This document shows positions 53,365 through 64,000 of a stretch of 64,000 nt of DNA, one piece after another. Source of the stretch: Octopus sinensis (Eukaryota); NCBI RefSeq assembly GCF_006345805.1, contig NC_043011.1:50170464-50234463 (forward strand), written 5' to 3'. The position numbers and the translations under genes are program-made. The notes beneath the pieces are model-generated. The model saw only the letters and a list, made by a program, of their open reading frames with translations, ran no database searches and had not been told where the DNA came from. Positions within the stretch are counted from its first letter, which is position 1. Each line of letters starts with the position of its first letter.

Positions 53365-53526
53365 ATGTATATATATGTATATATATATGCATATATGTGT
53401 CTGTGCGTATGTATACATACGTTCGTACGCACACACGTACATACAGGTACGTAAGCACGCATATATCTATATATAAATTCTTTTAATCCTTCATCCGTCC
53501 ATTGATCTCAGCCGGAGGCTGGGTCC

Positions 53527-53584
<58 letters not shown>

Positions 53585-53654
53585 GCACACAATACAGTCC
53601 GCTGAAAATGCTGCCCAGAAACAAACATTGGAACATCTTCACTAAGGTATATAT

Positions 53655-53842
53655 CAGTGGTTCCCAGTCTTTTCACAGTGGTTCCCAACCTTTTTATTTA
53701 AATGAGTTTTCACACGGGCCCCTTTTAATATGTATATTATTATTATTAATTTTATGTATAAATTATCTATAAACTTTTATATCATGCTGACTACCTGATA
53801 AAAATCGTTAACGTGATTTTATCCTTATATTCTATAATGAAT

Positions 53843-53873
<31 letters not shown>

Positions 53874-54158
53874 ACGAGAAGGTTTACGAAAATAAACAAA
53901 AGACGAAGGCAGGTGGAGTACAAACAAACAATTGTATTAGTATGGCGCTCAGGAATAGAAATAAGACAAGTCTTTTACGTTTCGAGCCTGCGCTCTTCAA
54001 CAAAAAGATACACAGAAAAGAAACAAGGAGAGAAAAAAATGCGTGCAGGAGCTAACGATTCAACATATATATGATATTTTTAATTTTGTTCACGGACAAA
54101 GTTTGTACAAACTTTGTGGACCACCATGGCTCCGCAGACCCCAGATTAGGAACCAGTG
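53655..54158. mobile_element. hAT MITE
   Basis: TIRs cagtggttccca / taggaaccagtg; 8-bp TSD gtatatat / gtatacat. Confidence 0.8.
53870..54045 (-). mobile_element. PLE-terminus-like element with degenerate minimal HHR, nested in the MITE
   Basis: Minus tctttttgttgaagagcgcaggctcgaaacgtaaaagac. Confidence 0.7.
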
Positions 54159-54240
54159 GTATACATACATGCACTCATTCGTTGGATCTAGCTTAGAAAT
54201 CGGCTTCTCTATTGGCATTTGTGGCTTTACACACACACAA

Positions 54241-54274
<34 letters not shown>

Positions 54275-54549
54275 TGGTTGGGCGAGCACGAGCGTTCTTG
54301 AACAAGTTAAGGTATCAATCTATGGTCAAGTCAGTTTTTTTCGAAAAGAGAGGGAGGTAACAATCAATATATTATCATAACTTACGTCACGTGATCAGTG
54401 TATTTATTTCGAAATCTCGTTCAGTCTCGTGTAACTTGTGTATTCGCTTCAAAAATGGAAAGGAGTACCAACATTACCTTGTGGTACGCTTGAACAATTT
54501 GAAAATTTTCTCCGCATGAAACCATTGGTAGCCTTTTTAACCCAGAATT

Positions 54550-55270
54550 AAAGCGTGACCGTGAAATTCCACTACCTTAAATTTCACGACAGGTAAAATT
54601 CACTGTAGTATATTCCAAAAAGTAAATTCCACTCGGAAAATAACGGTCTATAGAAAACTAATTATACATGATTTTGTTACACACTTCTTAACTAATTAGG
54701 CGTTAGTTAAATTCTTCTCAGAATATTTCACTATAGGTAAAATTTACCGCAGTATATTCCATTAAGGTAAATTCAACTACAGTAAACGATCTATAGAAAA
54801 CTAATTACACACGCTCTCGTTACACACTTCTCAACTAATTAGTTAAATTATAGTTTTATGCCAGCGATACTCATTTTTTAACTGAATTTCACTGTATTGC
54901 TAATTTTTTTCGCATTCAATGTTTTGCAGTTGTCGATAACATCCACACATCCAAACTTGCGGAAACTTTGCAATGCCCTTAAGATTGAAGAAGTCATAAG
55001 CCAGACGAAAATTGCACACATTCGACATGGGGACTCGGCAGCAAAAAAAAAAAAAAAAGCTTATCTAATGATTGATGCACGGCTAAAGAAGCTAGTTGAG
55101 AATTATCAACCTGAAAACGCACTGCAAAATGTCATAAAATAATTTTCTCCAAATATATTAAACTTCTTTTGATAACTTTATTTTTATGTACTCACCATCA
55201 TTTCTATATAAATATGTGAAGAAAATGTGGTCTAAAATGTATTCATATTACCTATAGTGAAATTTGTTGT
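54550..55270 (+). mobile_element. MULE-like DNA transposon remnant (transposase C-terminus plus subterminal repeats)
   Basis: THPNLRKLCNALKIEE..KIAHIRHG..IDARLKKLVENY resembles MULE transposase ends; repeated aattccac/aatttcac motifs. Confidence 0.6.
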
Positions 55271-55525
55271 TGTCTTATTTGTTCCTCCTCGAGCCATGCC
55301 TGGCTCATAAGGGCCGGTTTCCCGGTTTCCGTGGCGATCCGTCGCAGGTGAGCTGCAAGATGCAGTAGGAAAGAGTGAGAGAAAATTGTGGCGAAAGAGT
55401 CAGCAGATGTTAGCCATTACCTCCTGCCGGAGCCGCATGGAGCCTAGGTGTTTCGCTCATAAACACACACACCGCCCGGTCTGAGATTAGAACCCGCGAT
55501 CCCTCGACCGCGGGTCCGCTACTCT
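55270..55525 (-). mobile_element. SINE family C (internally deleted)
   Basis: Homology to 57574-57870. Confidence 0.85.
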
Positions 55526-55854
55526 ATACGATCTATAGAAAACTAATTACAGACGCCCTCGTTACACACTTCTCAACTAATTAGTCTTTAGTTAAAGTAT
55601 AGTTTTATGCCATGATTACTCATTTTTTTTTATTGAATTTCACTGTATTGCTAATTTTTTTTTCTATTTTTTCTGCTCTAACCACTAAGCCATGTGCCTC
55701 CACATAGTGATATTTACTGTAGTGGAATTTACGTAGAACCGAAATAAAGTATAAACATATATATGTGAATGTATGTATGTATGTATGTATGTATGTATGT
55801 ATGTATGTATGTATGTATGTATGTATGTATGTATACATGCCTGCGTGCATGTAT

Positions 55855-56240
55855 GTACTCTTTTACCTGTTTCAGTCATTTGACTGCGGCCATGCTGGAG
55901 CACCGCCTTTAGTCGAGCAAATCGACTCCGAGACTTATTCTTTGTAAGCCCAGTACTTATTCTGTCGGTCTATTTTGCCGAACCGCTAGGTGATGGGGAC
56001 GTGAACACACCAGCATCGGTTGTCAAACAATGCTAGGGGGACAAACACAGACACACGCAAATATATACATATATACGACGGGTTTCTTTCAGTTTCCGTC
56101 TACCAAATCCACTCACAAGGCTTTGGTCGGCCCGAGGCTATAGCAGAAGACACTTGCCCAAGATGCCACGCAGTGGGACTGAACCCGGAACCATGTGGTT
56201 GGTTAGCAAGCTACTTACCACACAGCCACTCCTGCGCCTA
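55855..56240 (-). mobile_element. SINE family A, full length
   Basis: Near-consensus. Confidence 0.93.
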
Positions 56241-57184
56241 TGTATATATTAAGAATTGAAATTTGGTGTACAAAGTTTGGTGGGATGCATAACTAATAAT
56301 AGAGAATGAAAGAATAGCTAGATGGAATTTCAAATGTCGGCTACTTCTGCTTTGAACTTTTGTTTTGCTTCCAGAGTGTCTATTTTTATTGATCTTCTAT
56401 ATTTTACATAATTTAGATTTTCTCATTTCTTTTTCGAGAGAATATTGTTGGCGTTTTTCTTTATTCATTCCTAAAGCGTTGAATACAATAAGGATTGTTT
56501 TTGTTTACTATCTTCAAGTTTAGTTTATCTCTATTTCCAGATATTTATTGTAAATTTTTTTCAGCATTTCTCTGAGAAATTCATTTTCATCTTTTAGAAC
56601 TGATATTTCGATTATAATGCAGTGTCATAATTGTTGATTCTTGAGAATGACTGACGTCAGAAACTTCTTTATTTCAGGAAGATTGGCCATATAGGCCTTA
56701 CACAGAAGAAGCTTGTGGGCTGGACACAGACAAGATGTGATGAAATGAAACAAAATCATACAGATGAGAGGGATGTCGACGCCCACCGATCAACAAGCCC
56801 TCGAATACAACGTTTCTTTTATAATCAATGATTAGTTCACAAAATCAATTATACGATTATACAATTATACAAAGATATCTAAAAAAAATCAATAAAAAAC
56901 ATCAATTCTCCTCATGAGAGCCCCCAAGCAATTGACCTGCCGCCTGCAGACAACGCTGCATCGACAGGTCGGGGCCTGCGAAGAGGAAGGCAGATTCTTT
57001 CTTGTCAAAGGTCGCTGTGACCTTTGACAAAATTTTGTGCGTTATTACCTCCGTAGCTACCTGCGGAGGCCAGAAACTTCTTGATCCTTCGTTTCATGCA
57101 TGTAGCCACTTATGTTTCTATCTATCTCTCTATTTCTCTATCTATCTGTATGTATGTCTATCTATCTATCTATCTATCTGTATG

Positions 57185-57251
<67 letters not shown>

Positions 57252-57573
57252 ACAATGTATCAATCTTTCTCTGTTTCTGCCCAATCTTTCTGATGATTGT
57301 CGTATTCTACAATGTGGTAGCTTTATCATTCTGAGATCATTGTTGCTCTACATTTATACCTTTTTCTGTCGGTATTTCTTAATGCTGAATCCCCTATGAA
57401 TTCCTTATCTCTCTCATGCTCATAAAAGGTTTCTCTCTTAACTAAGAGCCAATATGTTTGACTGCTTCTTCTTAGCCTCCACATGATCAGCATTAATTTC
57501 ATTACATGATTTCCTTAATTCGAGCCGGAAAATGTTTGATCTCGTGTTGCAATCGGGTATACTTCAATATTGT

Positions 57574-57870
57574 GGAAGCACATGGCCTAGTGGTTAGAGC
57601 AGTGGTCTCGTGGTCGATGAATCGCGGGTTCTAATCTCAGACCGGGCGATGTGTGTGTTTATGAGCGAAACACCAAAGCTCAACGCGGCTCCGGCAGAAG
57701 GTAATGGCGAACTTCTGCTGACTCTTTCGCCGCAACTTTCTCTCACTCTTTCCTCCTGCATCTTGCAGCTCACCTGCGACGGACCGGCGTCCCATCCAGG
57801 TGGGGAACGTATACGCCATGGAAACCGGGAAACAGGCCCTTATGAGCCAGGCGTGGCTCGCGAAGGAACA
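57574..57870 (+). mobile_element. SINE family C
   Basis: ggaagcacatggcctagtggttagagcag..ggcgtggctcgcgaaggaac. Confidence 0.9.
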
Positions 57871-58559
57871 TTCGACACTTCAATATTAGTTTTTATTCCT
57901 ACCTTTCCCCACAAGTTTTTCTCTTTGTATTTTTCCATCCTATTTCCTTTCTGAAAATTAGCAAAATATAACGACTTTTGTCTTCGTTTCAAAATGGCGT
58001 CCCTTAGACCCAACATTTAACCTGATTTAAAGGTAGATATTGTTTTTCATAATCTCTAACTTCTCATTTCTCTCCTCCCTTCACAACGCTCTGTTGCTCC
58101 AGCCACTGATTATATATTTGTTGGCTTCCTTGAAGACAAGATTCGGTTGTAATCACATTTTATAGACATCCTAGTAAGTTTCCTATTATTATTTACTAGA
58201 TATAGCTATAACGCAACATTTGATACCATATATTGTATATTACATTCTCAAATTGCATAATATCTCCACCTCACTCCAAGTATATATCGTTGGTGTAATA
58301 CTCTAGTCAAATGTTAAACAGTTTATTCTGGATGCAATCAATATTTTTCTTCTCTGTTTGTCTGTCCTCACTCTCTCTCTCTTTCTCTCTCTCCTTCTCT
58401 CTCTCTCTCGCTCGCACGCTTGGTCTTGTCTCCCTAATACTTTATAATTTAATACTGGGACATCTACAGTATTCAGACGTATTACCTTATTTCTGGAATT
58501 TACGTCTGTTTTAAGAATTATATTAAAATTATTACCATTTCCCAAACTTTACTTACGAA

Positions 58560-58965
58560 GGAGTGGCTGTGAGGTAAATAGCTCACTTGCTAACCACATG
58601 GTTCCGGGTTCAGTCCCATTGTGTGGCACCTTAGGCAAGTGTCTTCTACTATAGCCTCGGGCCGACCTTGTGAGTCGATTTAGTAGACGGAAACTGAAAG
58701 AAGCCCGTCGTATATATGTATATATATATATGTATGTATGCGTGTGTATATGTTTCTGTGTTTGTCCCCCCACCCCAACATCACTTCACAACCAGTGCTG
58801 GTGTGTTTACGTCCCCGTAACTTAGCGGTTCGGTAAAAGAGACCGATAGAATAAGTACTAGGCTTACAAAGAATAAGTCCTGGAGTCGATTTGCTCGACT
58901 AAAGGCGGTGCTCCAGCATGGCCGCAGTCAAATGACTGAAACAAGTAAAAGAGTAAAAGAGTAAA
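58560..58965 (+). mobile_element. SINE family A, full length
   Basis: Near-consensus; tail gtaaaagagtaaaagag. Confidence 0.93.
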
Positions 58966-59529
58966 AAAAAAAGAGTATGCATGTTCATAATACACTTCTT
59001 GAGTCTCTCTCTCTTTAAGATAAATTGTTATCATTCTTCCTCATCTTGATCTCTTGCTCCTCTCCTCTTTCTCCTATTTATTATTTTTAGTTTTAATTTC
59101 ATTATTCTTACTGGTTGGACGCGTATTGTCTCATTCGTACTATATGTTGTCCTTTTAATTGAGTCTCCAAAATGTTTCAATCGTTTAATTTTGTTACAGA
59201 ACGTTTGTTGAAGTCAGCAGCGCGCTTCATAGGCCTGCGTGGTTTGTTGGTACACCGTATTGTTGTAGGAACAAATAATTCTAAAAACAAAAGCGGTGAT
59301 GTCCACCCTGCTCTGTGACATGCAGGAGAATGTCAACGGTAGCCCTGAAACATAGTTGCAATACATGTCAGAATTTTACAACTTGAACCCTCAAATAGAA
59401 AGGAAGGTTAACACACACCAACTTCAAAGCCCATTGGACTACACAACTACTATGACGATTAACATTAGCAGCAGCAACAACAACAACAACACAGCAGGGG
59501 TACTTAATTCCAACTAAGACATTTTAACC

Positions 59530-60310
59530 AATGGGTGTCGCTCAGATATACCCTATCCCAAATAGATCTATCCACAACTTCCAACTTATGCGCTAGAGAG
59601 GGTAAGCAAGGAACCTGGCATGGGCGGGGCTCGGATCAATTTGGATCAATCAGTGACTTTAAATAGGTTCGACAATCAATACTCTCCTCACTTTTTAAAC
59701 TTTTCCTAGCATGGGTCGGCTTCAGTTCCGTTTCTAGTGGCTGGGTGTTGCGATGTATAACAATATCTTTGCGATGGCCAAAGCAAATGGCCACTCATCG
59801 GTTTTGTTTAGTATCTCACACTCGGTCCATCAAGGACGCTCAATTTTGCCCCATCTGTACGTGCAAGATCTCGATCCACTGCTCCGGAAGCTAGATGTTT
59901 TGAGGGGCATCCCGTGTGAACTGGGAAGTAGTAGGTTCATAATAACGTCACCGCCATAGCATCGGGCATCACGGAAATCAAGATGATAGGCATTACAGTA
60001 GTGGAGTACGACACGTTGACAGGATCAAAGATTAATCAGAAGTCGATCGCCCAGCAGTTCACCATCTGGATAGGCAGGGCCCCGTCGTCTGATAGCATCG
60101 TAGGACGCTGGACGGAAGGACCAGTTAAATTGTTTGGGGTCTTGTCCGGACCTCCATGGTTAGAGAAATACGTGGTGAAGAGCAGGGTAACCGGTCTCAA
60201 ACAGAAATGGGGCAAGAGGAAGCTATCCTTGAAAGGTAGGATTACGGTGGAGGATGCGGACACCGCTTTCGTCATATACTACCGCAGGACCGTCGTTTCT
60301 TGTGTAGCAT
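59530..60310 (+). mobile_element. L1/Tx1-like LINE RT fragment
   Basis: GGARINLDQS, NGHSSVLFSI..SVHQG..LYVQDLDPLLRKL, WTEGPVKL.G, WGKRKLSLKGR. Confidence 0.8.
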
Positions 60311-60571
60311 AAATGTGAGCATGCATAGTTTTGTGCTGCTAAGCCCTTTTTTCTGCAAGTACTTGATAACACATCGATATCAAATTTTGTCTATTTTCAT
60401 TTTCACAAGTTACTTTCTGTACTCTACTTAGGACAGTCGGATGTCTGTTTACCTGGAGAGAAACAATGCAGTTATCAATAACACGTGCGAAAATTAAGAC
60501 TTGCAAGATTAACAGTTCTAGCATCACTCTTTCATAAAATTGAACTAACTTTTCTCCCCATAATCGTATGT

Positions 60572-60615
<44 letters not shown>

Positions 60616-60644
60616 GTATATATATGTATATATGTATATGTATG

Positions 60645-60677
<33 letters not shown>

Positions 60678-60689
60678 AAAAAATATATA

Positions 60690-61135
60690 TAAAAATACAA
60701 AATGGGGCAAGAACGCAAAACACTCAAAGAGACGACACAAAAAGCGGACGGGTCATTCGAAACCTCTAATCTTCAATCAAGAACCGGATCATCCTAGCAA
60801 TTTCGGCTGATTAATCTTTCTTGAGATCGCTCCGATCCAGCCAGCCCCAAGGAAAGACTAAGCTACGAGCATTAGATTTCTTGGAAAACAAGGACAGACG
60901 AACGGATATGTATACGAAATATATACATACATATGTTTATATATACGTATTCGTCATGATAGATCGCTAGCCACTAAACCTTTTCTATTTTCTCTCCCTA
61001 TTTATTTCTGTGTTCCTTTCTATCGAAGAGCATAGGCTCGAAACGTAAAAGACTTTCTCACTTCCCGAGCGTTAAACTAATACCTGTTTTCTGTTTACAC
61101 ACCCGTCTTCGACTTTCGTTTTTTCGTAATTCTCA
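60690..61135 (+). mobile_element. PLE-terminus-like repeats; degenerate minimal HHR at 61016-61052
   Basis: CTTT CTATCGA A GAGC ATAG GCTC GAAAC GTA AAAG; flanked by (TA)n. Confidence 0.6.
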
Positions 61136-61175
61136 CAACATATAGATATATGTTTATATATACTTGTGTGTTTAT

Positions 61176-61218
<43 letters not shown>

Positions 61219-61548
61219 CGTATACAGGCACACACGCACACACAAACACAGACACACATCCCCGTTGGGTTACGATCTACAGCAGTAATCAATAAAAGCT
61301 AAAAGTGCACAAGTATATTACTGCTGGTTACTCTAGACACACACACACACACATATGCATAGAGAGTAAGAGACATAAGTATTATATATATATATACATA
61401 CGTATACATATATATGTGTGTGTATATACGCACACACACACATATATATAAATCTATATGTACTTATCAATATATACATATATATATATGTATATGCATA
61501 TATGTATATGCAGATATGTATATATGTATATATATATATGTATATGCA

Positions 61549-61586
<38 letters not shown>

Positions 61587-61607
61587 TATATATATATATA
61601 TATATAA

Positions 61608-61649
<42 letters not shown>

Positions 61650-62017
61650 TATATATGTCTGTATATCTATCTATACTTACGTATGTATATGTTCAGAATA
61701 TTTGAGACGATTGATTTCAATCAATATCAAAAAAAGTGATCAACGTGATCAATATGATACGATACAATGCAGTTGTAAAAGTTTAACACGAAATCTAATG
61801 CGATGTATCGATTAATTTTGATCTTTTTGTTGTTGATGTTTTCTTTCAGGCAAATATTTCCGCTAAACTTAACAATCAATCACAATTTCTTCTGAACTTT
61901 GTCAAAATTACTGTGAAATCGTGTAAAGATATTGGATGTCAAATAGACATTTCTGTCTGTGCGTGTATCCGTGTGATTGAGTTTGTGTGTATGTGTGTGT
62001 GTGTGTGTGTGTGTGTT

Positions 62018-62048
<31 letters not shown>

Positions 62049-62125
62049 ATGTGTGATTATGTGTGATTGTGTGTGTGTGTGTGTGTGTGCGCGTGTGTGT
62101 GTGTGTATGTGTGATTATGTGTGAT

Positions 62126-62161
<36 letters not shown>

Positions 62162-62551
62162 ATTATGTGTGATTATGTGTGTGTGTGTGTATGTGTGATT
62201 ATGTGTGATTATGCGTGTGTGTGTGTGATTATGTGTGATTATGTGTGTGTGTGCGTGTGTGTGTGTGTGTGTGCATTTTGGTTTATGCGAAAATGTTGCT
62301 TTGCGTAAAAATTATGAAATGTTAAACGTGATTGTGAGTTTATATGTGGATGCGAACGTGTGAGGTTTTGTACGTCTGTGTGTGAGTGTATCGGTAACAA
62401 AACACATCTGTGAATCTGCGTCTATTCCTGTTGTGTATAAAAATATATTGACTGTTAAACGTGTTTTATATGTGCTTGTCTCTCTGTGTGTGCGTGTGTG
62501 TGTGTATGCGCATCTCTCTCTTTCTAAAATTTTGTGTTTGTTCTGCAGGTG

Positions 62552-62729
62552 TAGGCGTAGGAGTGGCTGTGTGGTAAGTAGATTGCTTACCCACCACATG
62601 GTTCCAGATTCAGTCCCACTGCGTGGCACCTTGGGCAAGTGTCTTCTACTATAGCCTCGGGCTGACCGAAGCCTTTTGAGCGGATTTGGTAGACGGAAAC
62701 TGAAAGAAGCCCGTCGTATGTATGTATGT

Positions 62730-62761
<32 letters not shown>

Positions 62762-62995
62762 ATATATATATATATGCATGTTTGTGTCTCTGTTTTTCTC
62801 CCCCTCCCAACATCGCTTGCCAACCGATTCTGGTGTGTTTACATCCCCGTAACCTAGCGGTTCGGCAAAAGTGGTCGATAGAATAAGTACTAGGAATACA
62901 AAGAATAAGTCCTGGGGTCGAAGTGCTCGACTAAAGACAGTGCTCCAGCATAGTCACAGTCAAATGACTGAAACAAATAAGATTAAAAGAGGAAA
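62552..62995 (+). mobile_element. SINE family A, full length
   Basis: aggcgtaggagtggctgtgtggtaag..caaatgactgaaacaaataag. Confidence 0.92.
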
Positions 62996-63291
62996 AGAGT
63001 GTGTGAATGAGTGTGTGTAACTGTTAATCTACATGGGTGAGTGCTTTTATCGATGCCTATGTGTGTTTGCGTGTATTTTAGTGTGTATGTGTATATATGA
63101 GGTAACACATCTCCTGTGTGTGAGTTTGCATTGTTTTTATGAAAGTATGTGAATGTGAGTATCTGAATTTGACAGGTATTATTGCGGTGTGTATATGTAG
63201 GTATTGATATGTGATTCTGTATATATATATATATAGCTGTCTGTCGTATGTGTATGTGTGAGTGTGTGTGTATATATGTGTGTGTGAGTAA

Positions 63292-63341
<50 letters not shown>

Positions 63342-63344
63342 ATT

Positions 63345-63790
63345 AGACCGTTTGAGGTCATATTTCTAGCAACGGAAGTGTTCTGACACCCAATCATATT
63401 TAATGACAATTATAGGTTCCTTCTTTGGTAAAAGATTGCACACGGTTTTGTATATTGAATGGTTGTACACACATTAGCGATTCATCCACAGATTTTCATA
63501 AATATGAGCTGACAGAGAAGCCAGTCCGGAAAAAACCAAGACGAGCGGTGCCCATTAATGAGGCTATGGAATTAGCCGAAACTGACCGATCAGCGTAGGG
63601 AGTTTTCGACCGGTGATTTCTGGTGATCACCGTCTGTCAGTACGTATGTATACAATTATGTATTTTAACTACAGCACTAGAGCTTTTTATCTATTATTTC
63701 TAGCAATGTAGGCATTCTAACATCCTGCTCATATTCAGTGACAATTATAGTTTTCTTTTTGGGTAACACATTGCACATGGTTAGCTATAC
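63345..63790 (+). mobile_element. Old HHR-bearing unit with diverged 334-bp-period direct repeat
   Basis: atttctagcaa.. at 63362 and 63696; degenerate HHR at 63551-63600. Confidence 0.6.
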
Positions 63791-63794
63791 TATT

Positions 63795-63860
<66 letters not shown>

Positions 63861-63869
63861 ATATATAGC

Positions 63870-64000
63870 TGAAATTTAAAGTAAACCAAAAGACGAAGAC
63901 ATGTGTATGAAGAACAAGCAGATGCATTAGATTGAAGCTCGAGAAAGTAAGAAAGTCTTTTAGGCTTCGAGCCTACGCTTTACAACAGAAAAGAATAAGA
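63870..64000 (-). mobile_element. PLE-terminus-like element (runs off the window)
   Basis: Homology to 53870-54045. Confidence 0.6.

Noticed and set aside
56678-56830. Possible + strand exon after cttctttatttcag
   Set aside because: No donor or known peptide; unsupported
62040-62270. (GT)n with recurring ATGTGTGATT units
   Set aside because: Ordinary compound micro/minisatellite evolution

Overview
Repeat-dense eukaryotic, AT-rich, apparently non-genic DNA; most likely an octopus/coleoid cephalopod genome (inferred from three recurrent tRNA-derived SINE families and extreme microsatellite load). No host protein-coding gene, rRNA, tRNA or CRISPR array can be supported, and most ORFs in the track are translations of microsatellites. 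The real coding remnants are all transposon-derived: RLE-type (R4/Dong-like) LINE fragments, a near-intact GC-rich RTE LINE, L1/Tx1-like fragments, Penelope-like element (PLE) fragments, and hAT and MULE transposase relics, plus MITEs. The main unexplained signal is a high density of type I hammerhead ribozyme (HHR) motifs. Four have complete cores and lie in two adjacent retrozyme/pLTR-like repeats at 3.4-5.6 kb (cleavage-to-cleavage monomers of 431 nt and 561-562 nt). One near-intact motif lies at 19.7 kb and several more are degenerate; most sit in or beside (TA)n microsatellites. There is one 100-N assembly gap. SINE labels A/B/C are mine. All assignments were made by eye; repeat boundaries are approximate except where exact positions are quoted.
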